64,000 nt of DNA, taken from Octopus bimaculoides (taxonomy: Eukaryota). The notes below the pieces were generated by a model. It saw only the letters and a list, made by a program, of their open reading frames with translations, was not told where the DNA came from and made no database searches. The DNA lies in the NCBI RefSeq assembly GCF_001194135.2, contig NC_069000.1, positions 33,708,032 through 33,772,031 on the forward strand, in the 5' to 3' direction. This document shows positions 36,419 through 48,900 of the stretch, piece by piece (the stretch's first letter is position 1; each line of letters begins with the position of its first letter). The translations under genes were made by a program, and so were the position numbers.

Positions 36419-38384
36419 GTAGTTAAATTTTGTTTTTGTTCTTTTCTAATTTGTCTCCTACTTTAGTTGCTAATCACGCTTTGCTACATGCATTTTTTTT
36501 TTCTGTTATTAATATAAACCATTTGTATGAATGCCAGTCGGAGTCTGCTGCACTTTCATTCTTGATATGCGTAAGTTTTCATCACGTCTTTTGCCGAGTG
36601 AGTGCAACATTTCAGTTACTTGAAAAACAAAAAATATTTTCATGTATGTCATTTAGCACACTGCTACTTAAGTAATTTCCGTAAATTAATGTCATTGGCT
36701 TCGTTTACTTACTTCCCTTAATTTATTTTTAAATTGCGTAATTTATTTACTGGCCAAAACACTTAGCAACTTTTGTCTCTGACTAAAAAACTCTGTTGAT
36801 CGATAAAAGAGGCTTGAGCAGACGACATATGCTGGTGATATAACATGTCTATGCTTGTTCTATTGTCTGTGCAGAAAGATTAGATATTTTTTTAATTCTA
36901 AGATTTGTTTCTCGAAGATTTTTTTCCTTAGATTTTTCCTACATGATGGTGTTCCAGCATGACCGCAGCCGCATGGCTGAAACAAATAAAAGGATAAAAC
37001 AATAAAACAATATAAAATTAATTAAGATTTTAAAAATTTTACCATGGTTGTCGTGAAATTATCTCGCCTTTACTTTGAGTCATTGATATGGAAAAGTTCA
37101 ATTAGTTGAGAGTGATTAGCATATAATAAAATTCAATACATCTATTATTTATAGTCTGCTGACAGTCAGAGTTTTCAGTTATTTATAGTATAACTGTATG
37201 ATGAAAACTTACACATATCAAGAATAGAAGTGTGGTAATCTCCAGCCATTCTCCTGACATTCATACAAATGTTTTGTATTGATAACAGAAAAAGAATGCA
37301 TCAAAGCGTGGAAGACATTTTAGCTATTTAAAACCCGAAACACTGTTAACTTCATTTAATTATAGTAAATATAATTTTCAAAATTATTTTTACTTTATTG
37401 GTCCATTTAGATTGTACTTTTTTTTAATCAAGGGAGACAACTTTTTAGAACCATTTCTTTTTGTTGTTTTTTGCTGTGTGTCTTCACTTAGACACCCTCC
37501 ATTACGATGTGTGATGCTCGCGTGTTATACATCTCTTAAATGCATGGCTCCAGGCAGCGACATAATATAGGTGTTTGAGTGAACTATTTGTTGTTACGTG
37601 TTCTCCTATTATCTGCAAATGTAATAAGCAATCGAATAAGCCTCCTTTTCTCCTTTTATAATTTAGGGTTAGGGTGCGCAGGCTCTTACAGACTGGTGTG
37701 GTTCAGGTTTTAGTTTGAACATTTCCAAGTCGCTGTCTGCATAAAAAATTAAATGGGGAATGAATTACAGATATTGCATTTCTGATGAGAAGTGGATGAA
37801 ATATTTAGTGTAGGATATATGGGAGGCGATTGGTACACAACAAAGATGACAGAAAGAGGAGAGAGATACGTGTGGGAAGAATCTGAAATTACGATATATG
37901 TAGAAGAGTGGAGGCTGTTGTTGCATCATTACACGAAATAGCAATTACCCGTTGAGTATGTTATTGCTCATCAGCTGGATGTGTGTGTGTGTGTGTNNNN
38001 NNNNNNNNNNNNNNNNNNNNNNNNNNNNNNNNNNNNNNNNNNNNNNNNNNNNNNNNNNNNNNNNNNNNNNNNNNNNNNNNNNNNNNNNNNNNNNNNNNNN
38101 NNNNNNNNNNNNNNNNNNNNNNNNNNNNNNNNNNNNNNNNNNNNNNNNNNNNNNNNNNNNNNNNNNNNNNNNNNNNNNNNNNNNNNNNNNNNNNNNNNNN
38201 NNNNNNNNNNNNNNNNNNNNNNNNNNNNNNNNNNCCGACGTTCTTTTTTTTATTTTGGGATTTATTGCGTTTTTAAATTTTCGGATCTATTTTTTTCGAG
38301 GGTTCTATTTTTGAATCATTTTGGAATCTATTTTGTTTTCGTTTTTTGTTTTTGTTTTTTTTTCTAGCTAATTTTAGTTAATTT

Positions 38385-38950
38385 TTGTTTTATTTTCAGA
38401 TCATTAAAATGGAATGTCAAGTTAAGAAAAACAAGCATTTTCGACACCTTTTTCTTGCTTTTAATCAAGGTTCTAAGGCCGCAAAAGCTGCTCGTGGCAT
38501 TTGTGCTGTGTATGGAGAGGGTGCCATAGCTGAAAGAATCGCTCATGATTGGTATGCCAAGTTCAAAAATGGAAATTTTGACCTTAAAGACGCACCTCGT
38601 TCTGGCCGTCCAGTTGAGTTCAATGAGGACCGATTTAATCAACTTTTGCACGAAAAATCTCGTCAAACGACAAGGGAACTAGCAGAGAAAATGGAATGCT
38701 TCCATACTGCTATAGAGAAGCATCTTCACTCGATGGGAAAGACTCAGAAGTATGGAGCATGGGTTCTGCATGCTTTAAGTGACAACAGCAAAAATCAACG
38801 AGTCACAATCTCTGCTGGTTTGCTTGCTCGTCACCGCTCAACTCATGGACACAAGCAACGATTTCTTTACCGAATCGTTACTGGCGACAAAGAATGGTGC
38901 CTGTACATCAATATGAAGCGGCGTAAGGAATGGCTTAGCCCCGGTAAACG
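38385..38950 (+). mobile_element. Mariner transposase fragment (HTH plus first catalytic Asp)
   Basis: ARGICAVYGEGAIAER...WYAKFKNGNFDLKDAPRSGRP...WVLHAL...IVTGDKEWCLY; truncated after the first D. Confidence 0.88.
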
Positions 38951-40109
38951 GCGGAGGCTTAGTTGCCAACCCAATATACGTATAACAACAGTATCATCCT
39001 GAATATGTTAGTGGCATGGTAATACAGATCATTTCTGAGCTCTGTAGAGAATCTATAGAGCTATGAATTGATCAGGGCTGAAGTATTTCTCGGTTACTAG
39101 AAGACGCTTTTTCTTAAACAATAAAAACGGTGGCTGTCACTCTTTTGCGTTTTATGGAAGGGAAGCGTTTCATAGTTAAAACAGTCCATTTACTGCCATG
39201 GATTGATTCGAAGACAAGCACCACTGGTCGCGTGTGTGCTCACGCAAACACACACACAAAAAACTGTCCTGCCGATTAGCTATAACATACGCAATAGATA
39301 TTTATTAGTTCTTCTAATGATGCAACAACAGCCTCCACTCCACTGAGTTATCTTCTGCATATGTCATAATCTTAGGCACATTCCACACGTGTCTTTCTCA
39401 TCTTTCTGTCACCCTTACTGTGTGTCAATAATCTCTCATATTCACTCTCGACTTTCATTTTTCATACAAATGACTTGGAAATGTTCAAACTATATATCAA
39501 CTACACGAGGTTGCGAAAGCCTACAAAGATTTTTTTCACTAAGTTATAAAAGATAAAATAAAATAAAAAGGCTTATTTGCTTGCTTATTACATTTGGAGA
39601 TACTAAGAGAACATCTACATTATGATTCCTCGTTTGGAGACATGAATTTAAGAGATGTATAACACGTCAGTATCAAACATCGCAACTGAAGGCGCCGTAA
39701 CTGAAAAGATGACTCACAAAAAAGTTGTCTCCTTGATTAAAAGAAATGTACCGTCAGAATGGACCAGAATATAAAATTATTTGGAAAATTACATTTACAA
39801 TAATCAAATGAAATTAACAGTGTTTCAGGTTTTAAAAGGCTAAATTGCGTTTTCCCCGCTTTGTTGAATTTTTATTATTATAGAAAAGTCTTCAATCATG
39901 GATTAAATCAGACAATGGATAAGTTTGTGAAGTACATGCCTTGCCCTACAATACTTACCTATAGTAAGATTTTGCGGCATTCATCAGAGTGCAAATACTG
40001 GGCTAGAAATGGTTACAGAAACAGATTGAGTTAATGAGAAATGAACAAGATCTAGGCCCACATTTCAATTAGTAACTGTACAAAGATCCTGCTGTACTAG
40101 AGTATTGTC

Positions 40110-40490
40110 CTACCAACAGCAGTTTGAGCAGGAGAAACTGGGAAAATAACTACCAAAGTCGCTCAGATCACCAACAGGAACAGAAACTCTGAAGTCCTGA
40201 GAAGGGCCAGTTTTCACAGTCTGCAGAAGATTGTGGTGAAAAGAAAAGTAAGACATGCAGGTCATATTTCTGATTGCTTGAAGAACAAATACCTTGGTGA
40301 TACCCATTGTATAGCTACACAATGAGTACCACCAGAGAAATGAAGGAAAAGAAGAAGACCCACCTTCAAAGATCTGAAACAACTTAGCATTTCCTGGGAA
40401 GATGCAAGTAGCTATGCTCAAAACTGGTATTAGTGGTGATGTTTTGCTGCTCAATGTACAGAGCAGTTGTATGGAAGGAGCTAAGAGCTA
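40110..40490 (+). mobile_element. Degraded RTE-like LINE 3' fragment
   Basis: Frameshifted AGHI...VPPE...RRPTFKDLKQLSISWEDAS...AAQC resembles RTE C-termini. Confidence 0.45.
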
Positions 40491-40652
40491 CTCCATTCCA
40501 TATTTTGTACCACTATTCACAAATTGATTGTTAGAAATAAAATCATCTAAAACACAATCAAATATGTAATGCAACTCAAAAATGTAACGATGAGAATGTA
40601 ATTGACAAATAATAATCATTTTATACACTTTTGTTAGATTTAAGAACAATGT

Positions 40653-40658
40653 TTTATT
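40653..40658 (-). promoter_or_regulatory. Polyadenylation signal of stefin C
   Basis: TTTTTGGAATAAA conserved with A and B. Confidence 0.65.
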
Positions 40659-40706
40659 CCAAAAATTACATTTTTAGAAATTAAATTATTTTACAAGATG
40701 TTCCAT

Positions 40707-40826
40707 CTAAAAATATTCTATTTCATCAGCAAGTGCCAAGCTTCCTTTTATTGACGTCAATTCCCCAGCATCAAACAATGGTTTGTAAATTCTTGCATGA
40801 ACAAATTCTTCATTTCCAATATGTAT
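40707..40826 (-). CDS. Stefin C exon 3
   Basis: Acceptor ttctattctacag|ATA; ends TTT TAG; 120 nt. Confidence 0.92.
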   Translation of the reverse strand: MHIGNEEFVHARIYKPLFDAGELTSIKGSLALADEIEYF

Positions 40827-42956
40827 CTGTAGAATAGAAATTGAACATTTGAGATAAATATCTAAGATTTATCATTAAAGTTTACAATTCTATAAATTAG
40901 ACAGAGTAGTTAACTCTTTCTTTCTCTCTCTCTCCCCCCCTATGTACACATGCATGTGCATGTGTTTGCGTGTATGATGTCCCCTGAAAAAAGATCAGCT
41001 GAATGCAGTTTACAAAGTCCTTCCTTTTAGACCAGGCAATTGGTTTAACATGTGTAATATGTGAAAAAGTTTGCAAGGCAATTTCAAATCTGAAAACACA
41101 TACAGCAGTTCACAGAGGTCATATCCTACAAAGTGACACAGTGAATTAATTGTCACATATGTCTCGAACCGGGCAGATCTGCAGATGGACTGAATAGTCA
41201 TCTGAGAGGTCGTGGATGGAAAGTCAAAAATTCCATTGACAACAAGGAGGCACAAGAAAGAAACAATCATGTGAAGATGGAGCAATCACCATGTATGGAC
41301 ATATGTATCTACGAGCAAATGCATGCATGTAAGATGAATGAACCAAGGACTGTTAAGACTTCAAAAATTAAATTACAAATAAACAAAGTTAACAAAATGT
41401 AAACAGCTATGGAGTTTTTTTTTTTTAACGGAACAGCCTGCTCGTGAAATTAACGTGCAAGTGGCTCAGCACTCCACAGACATGTGTACCCTTAACGTAG
41501 TTCTCGGGGATATTCAGCGTGACACAATGTGACAAGGCTGACCCTTTGAATTACAGGCACAACAGAAACAGGAAGTAAGAGTGAGAGAAAGTTGTGGTGA
41601 AAGAGTACAGCAGGGTTCGCCACCATCCGCTGCCGGAGCCTCGTGGAGCTTTAGGTGTTTTCGCTCAATAAACACTCACAACGCCTGGTCTGGGAATTGA
41701 AACCGCAATCCTATGACCGCGAGTCCGCTGTCCTAACCACTGGGCCATTGTGCCTCCACAGCTATGGAGTAAATAAAATACAAAGCAACAATTACCTTTA
41801 CAAAATAATTCATTCCAGATACTAGCTGTTGCTTATAATGCAGAGCTTCAAATTTTTCAAATGTTTTATCCAATTTCTCTTCCATTTTCTGCTTTAACTG
41901 GAAACAAATGGTAATATTTATAGATAATACAATTCTTTCTACTATAGAGAAAAGGCATAAAATTTTGTGGGAAGGGTCTGGTCAATTTCATTGATCCCTC
42001 TGCTCAACTGGTACTTATTATACTGGCCCCAAAAGGATGAAAGGCAAAGTTGATTCTGATGGCATTTGAAACTAGAAGAAATTCTGTTTAGTATTTTGTT
42101 CAGCATGCTAATAATTCTGCCAGATTACTACCTTCATAACATTTTATAATATAGGTGAGACTGTGTGGTAAGAAGCCTGCTTTCCAATCATGTGGTTCCA
42201 TGTTCTGTCTCATTGTGTGACACCTTGGGTAAGTGTCTTCTGTTATAGCCTTGGCCGACCAGAGACTTGTTTGTGGATTTGGTGGATAGAAACTGGAAGA
42301 AGCCTGCCATATTCTTTTCTTTCGTTCTTTCATTTGTTTCAGCTATTTGATTGTGGGCATGCCGGCGCACCACCTTAAAGGATGTTTTAGTCAAAGAAAT
42401 CGATCCCAGGACTTACTCTTTGTAAGCCTAGTACTTATTTTATCAGTCTCTTTTGCCAAACTGCTAAGTTACAAGAACATAAACACACCAGCATTGGTTG
42501 TCAAGCAATTGTGAGAGAAACAAACACAGACACAAAGACACACACACATAATTATATACCTACATCTATACGAGTGGGTGGACAAATGAAAGAATGGCAC
42601 TCAAACCAAAGATGAGTGTGTATTCATTTTTCATGCTTCACCAATTACTTCCATACTTGTGATGCATGAATAATTTGACCTCAGACATATAATAGGGTCC
42701 TCATATTATGACATTTTCTTCTTAAATAAAAAAAAATTTAATGTTCGCTATTTATAAACAACTATGATAAATTACTCAAAGAAATATTTACAAAGTTCAC
42801 AAAGTTAGATATTTCACGTAATATAGTTTTTAACATGCCTTTATTTATACGTTTTTTTTCATCCCATCTTTATCTCATTCATTGTTTGCAATGTTCTCGC
42901 TCGCTCGCTCGCTCGCTCGCACGCACGCACGCACGCACGCACGCGCGCGCGCGCGC

Positions 42957-42997
<41 letters not shown>

Positions 42998-45900
42998 CCA
43001 GGTTTCATTTCGTTTTGAGCTCACACACTTCGTTAATTTACATAAAAAACTTTTATTTATTTTCATTTTGCACGCTGCATTCCGCTCTATGTATTGTAGT
43101 CAGTCACAGATGCACACGTGTGTTTTTCTATATATGTTTGTATACATTTATGTATATTATTTACATTATTCCTCATCCCTTAAATATAGAACTGTACATT
43201 TATGTATGTCTGTGTGAGCGGAGGGGTGTGCTGTCTTGTATACGTACATACATATAGTGGCACTCCATCGGTTACGATGACGAGGGTTCCAGTTGATCCG
43301 ATCAACAGAACAGCCTGCTCGTGAAATTAACGTGCAAGTGGCTGAGTACTCCACAGACACGTGTACCCTTAACATAGTTCTTGGGGAGATTCAGTGTGAC
43401 ACAGAGTGTGACAAGGCTGGCCCTTCAAAATACAGGTACAACAGAAACAGGAAGAAAGAGTGAGAGAAAGTTGTTGTGAAAGAGTACAGTAGGGTTGATC
43501 ACCAACCCCTGCCAGAGCCTCACGGAGCTTTAGGTGTTTTCGCTCAATAAATACTCACAACACCTGGTCTGGGAATCAAAACCACAATCCTATGACCGTG
43601 AGTTCGCTGCCCTAACCACTGGGCCATTGCACCTCCAAGTACATACATANNNNNNNNNNCATATTCTTTTATATGAATGCGAAAGAGAGAGTTGAATAAC
43701 TGTAAGCCTACTTTTGGGACACCTTGTATATATTATATATACATTCTTTTATTCTTTTATTTGTTTCTGGCATTTGACTGCGGCCATGCTGGAGCACTGC
43801 CTTTAGTCGAAGAAATCAACCCCAGGACTTATTCTTTGTAAGCCAAGTACTTATTCTTTCAGTCTCTTTTGCTGAACAGCTAATGCGGTACAACGGTGGT
43901 GCAATGGTATCACTAGTTAATCTCTATACATATCCATCATATTCTGTTAAAATGTCTTATTGATGAGTTTGATTTCTTCATCTCCCTGAAGAGAAGATTA
44001 CATTGTTTTACACCATTTTATTCCTTTGGAATAATACCAGTGATATCTTCGAAACATGTGTTGGAAGTAAAATAATTTGAATAAAACCTGTGTTTAACTC
44101 CATTTATTTATTTATGTCTGGAATATTTCAGACAAACACATTTATCAAAATCTGGGACTGAAAAAATGTAGTCATCTGATTTAAAAGGATGAGTAAACTT
44201 TATGTTGTTGACTGCTTCTGTTCTTTGTTTTGTTTTTTGTTGATTCTTTTTTTTTTTTGTAGATATTTAGTAATGAGAACAGATCATGTGAAACCTACTT
44301 TTCTGACTCATTTAAAAGACTTATGGCTAGAAACAAATGGTAATTGTTTATAACACTCCAAAATACAATAATAAAATAAATTGTGATAATTTGATAAGGA
44401 AAACATGAACATGATATAATTACATGACTGTATTAGATGGTATATATGATGCATCTATTTTTTCTTTTTTTAAGTCTCTCAAAACCCTGGGTCCTATATA
44501 AGTTGGATTGAAGAAGGGTATCAAAGTAGTGATTCTGAAATTCCCAAACAGGAGAATGAAGCAATGAGAGCTTTCTCATAGATATTCCTCTATTTGCAAC
44601 AGAAAGACCAAAGATTTGAACAAAAGAGAAAAACTCCACTGAAAATATTGAAATAAAACAGTTGTATTAGAGTCAAAGTAGTTACAGCTTCATCCTCTTT
44701 AGTATGATGGTTGCATGAATAATAAAAGGAAGAAGATTATATGCTGATGTAGGTCAAAAGAACTCAATTATTTCATGTTAATATCATTAGGAGTAACAAA
44801 GCTGCAGTGATCTCACCTCATCAGCTGACAAAGGAATGTTGTATACAAGTTGTATGTAAAATATTCTAAATATAAATATCATCATCATTGTCATTTAACA
44901 CACATCTTCCTTACTGGGATGGGTTGGAGAACTTAACAGGAACGGTTTACATTGGCATGCTTTTTAAAGCTCGNNNNNNNNNNNNNNNNNNNNNNNNNNN
45001 NNNNNNNNNNNNNNNNNNNNNNNNNNNNNNNNNNNNNNNNNNNNNNNNNNNNNNNNNNNNNNNNNNNNNNNNNCTACTATCTCTCTCCCTCTCTTGTTCT
45101 TCATCCTTTCTGTTTTTCTCTCCAATCCTTTCCTTATTCTTCTTCTCTCCCTTTCAATATTTGCCCCAACAGGTCTTCGCAAGCAGAGTTTAGTGCCCAA
45201 TGAAGTAAAGGTACGAATAAGTGGGCTGGCTACACCCCTGGCAGAGGCTACGGATTATGGTCTCACTTGGCTTGCCGGGTCTTCTCCCGCACAGCATATT
45301 TCCAAAGGTCTCGGTCACTAGTCATTGCTTCGGTAAGGCCTAATGTTCGAAGGTCGTGCTTCACCACCTCATCCAAGGTCATCTTGGGTCTACCTCTTCC
45401 AAAGGTCCCCTCAACCGCTAGGATCTGACACTTTTCACACAGCTATCCTCATCCGTTCTCGCCACATGACCATACCAGCACAATTGTCTCTCTTGTACAC
45501 CACAACTGATGCTTCTTAGGTCTAATTTTTCTCTCAAGGTACTTACACTCTGTCGAGTATGCACACTGACATTACACATCCATCGGAGCATACTGGCTTC
45601 ATTTCTTGCAAGTTTACGCATGTCCTCAGCAGTCATGGCCCATGTTTTACTGCCATGTAGCATGGCTGTTCATACACATGCGTCATAGTCTGCCTTTTAC
45701 TCTGAGTGAGAGGCCCTTTGACACCAGCAGAGGTATGAGCTCTCTGAGCTTTGCCCAGGCTATTCTTATCCTAGCAGCTACACTTTCAGCACACCCTCCC
45801 CCACTCCTGACTTGGTCACCTAGGTAACGGAAGCTATCAACTACTTCTAGTTTTTCTCCCTGGAATGTGGCAGAAGTTGTTCTCTTGCACATTTTCAGTG

Positions 45901-48900
45901 TTTATTGCTCCTGAGCATCTGCCACATACAAAAACTATCTTCCTAGTTAGCCTTCTTTTGATATTGCTGCACCTCTTATGTGTCCATAGCTTACACTGGG
46001 TACATCTTATAGAGTTTCTACCTACGCCTTTTCTACAGGCCCTTCAATTCTAATCCTTGCTTCCACACCTGAAACTTCTCTAGTTTTGATAGTGACTCAG
46101 TAATTAGGGCAAGGTCATCAGCATAGAGGTGTTCCCAGAGGCAACCTGTCTTGAATTCCTGTGTTATTGCTTGGAGGACTATGATAAATAGGAGAGGGCT
46201 GAGGACTGAACCTTGGTCGACCCCTACCTCTACCCAGAATTCTTCACTGTACTCATTGCCAACCCTCACCTTACTGACAGCATCCCTGTACATGGCTTCT
46301 ACAGCTGTAGAAACCTTGTGAAATTAGATGGGACCAGTCTTCAGTCAAACCGTCCAACCCATGCCAGCATGGAAAGTGGACATTAATTGATGATGATGAT
46401 GATGATGATGAATGTGATGTGTATGGTTGAGAATAGCTGTATAAAGGAGTGGCAATCACTAAATGTGGAAGGAACAAGTGGAGCTATAGATCTTGGAACA
46501 CATTAGGACAAAGTAATGAAGACTGACCTCTAGATGTTGAAACTCTCAGAGAAGATGATGGGAGACCGAAACGAATGACATTATGCTGTGCTGAAGAAGA
46601 CCTGTCCATCTCCGCAGAATCAAGGCTCTGTCAAGCCCTCCCCCACAGCTCATCTGACACCCATTCTTCCATCAATCTTTTGTTATCCTATTTTCTTCAC
46701 TTCTCCCTACACTGAACTAATATTTTCTGCATCCAACTCATTCCCCATTTCTAATCATCTGTCACATTATTTTCGCTCACTGTTTTTACCTACATGTCCA
46801 CCTTTTCTGCTCTTCTATCTTATTCTGTCTTTTATTCACGTTGTACCAACACCCCACATCTCTCTCTCTCTCTCTCTCTTTCTCCAGGTAGGCAACCCAT
46901 GTATTCATCACTTCAGCAAGACACCTGCTCCTCTCCCTCTATCCTAGTTCCTTATTCCTCCAGTCTGTACTCCATTCAGTTGAGGGACCTTATTTTGAAG
47001 GTACTTGTCAACCCCACCGGTACTGATGCCATGTAAAAAGCACCAAGTACACTCTGATAAATGGTTGGCATTAGGAAGGGTACCCAACTGTAGAAACTAT
47101 CTTATCTATCTAATCTATCTCACCTTATGTGTCTAATCTAATCCATCTAATCTATAATCTATCTTATCTATCTAATTTATCTCATGTATCTAATCTAATC
47201 TATCTTATCTTATCTATCTAATTTATCTCATGCATTTAATCTAACCTATAATCTTACCTATATAATCTATCTAATTTATATCATCTTATGTATCTAATCT
47301 ATTTAATCTATAATCTATCTTATCTATCTCATCTATCTAATCCCTCTAATCTATTTTATCTGTTTATCTTATCTATCTGTTCTATCCTGTCTATCTCATC
47401 CATCTTAGCTAATTATCACTGTCACTTGTTCAAGAAAAAAAATATCGGTTTCGTCCAGTGGTTTTGAAAGAGTGAAAGAGATAGACAGAAATAGAGAGAG
47501 GGAGGGAAAGAGTAAGAGATAGAGAGGGGAGAGCGAGAAAAAAAGTAATGTGAGGGAGAGAGTATAAGAGTATAGCAGTGTCATTCATTTGTTCTACAAT
47601 TATTTCTCCTAATTTTATCAAATGCCTCTCTCTCTCTCTCTCTCTATCCCCTCTCTCTTTCTACTCCCATCCTCTTCTCTCTCTTACACTTTATTCTTTC
47701 TTTTTCTGTCATCCTCTTCTCTCTCTTACACTCTACTCTCTCTCTCTCCTCTACGGAAATATGTGTAATTACTCGAAGTTAAATGGATTTCTTGCTTTAT
47801 AAAACAAAACAATTGGCCATTGCTGAATCGTAGTTACGGGGACGTATACAAACCAACACCGGTTGTCAACCGGTGGGAGGACAGTCACAAATAAATACAT
47901 ATATATATATATACAGGTAATCTTCCAGTTTAGGGAGGTTAAAAAGTAAATAAAAATCCAAGGGAAATAACTTAACGTCTTACTAGTATTTGGAAGATTA
48001 CCACAAGTTGTTGCGCAGCCAGTACTATGATATTCAATCACGTGTGTGATTTATATATAAACAGTTAACTTCAATCACGTGTGTGATTTATTTAGAAACA
48101 GCTAAAAAAAACAAAAAAAAAACACATTTCAGAGTAGTACGGATAATACTAGTAAGACGTTATTTCCCTTGTATTTTTATTTACTTTTTTTACCTCCCTA
48201 CACTGGAAGATTACCTGTATACACACTTAAATATATACCACAGCTTCTTTCAGTTTCTGTTTACCAAATTCACTCACAAGGCTTTGGTCGGCCCGGGGCT
48301 ATAGCAAAAGGTGTCAAGCAGTGGGACTGAACCTGAAACCATGCGGTTGGCAAGTGAGGTTTTTAATATTACATTTATTAAATCAAATACCGTCGACTTA
48401 TGCTTCCTATATTTTCCTAAAAGGATCAAATCCTTCGGAATTTCTATCCTGGAAATAAGAGGGCCGTTTGTTACCTGGTGGTGAATTGGCGGAATCTCTA
48501 ATGCAGTGGTTCCTAACAGTGGTTCCTAACCCCTTTATTTAAATGAGTTTTCCCACGGACCCCTCTTAACATGCTTGTCATTATGTAATATTTATATACA
48601 TGAAATTTTGAATTTAGTTTACGGATCTCCAGTACTACCTCTGCGGACCCCAGGTTGAAAACTATTACCTTAGTGCGTCTGAAAAAAGTCTCGTCGGAAA
48701 AAATGTCCCGGATCTTTATGTTCTGGTTTCAAATCCTACCGAACCCAATTTCACTCGTATTTCATTATACTAACCCCCTCCCGCCAGGGTTGATAAAATG
48801 AAATCTAATGAAAGTTTTTTTGTTATGTGTGTCCACCTAAAACTTAGAAATTATCGAACGGACAGCCACAAAATTACATATATACATTAACTACATCACC

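Noticed and set aside
44433-44641. Exon-like open frame behind a good acceptor (VEFFSFVQIFG...) in gene C intron 1
   Set aside because: No recognisable homology, no partner exons and no counterpart in the paralogs.
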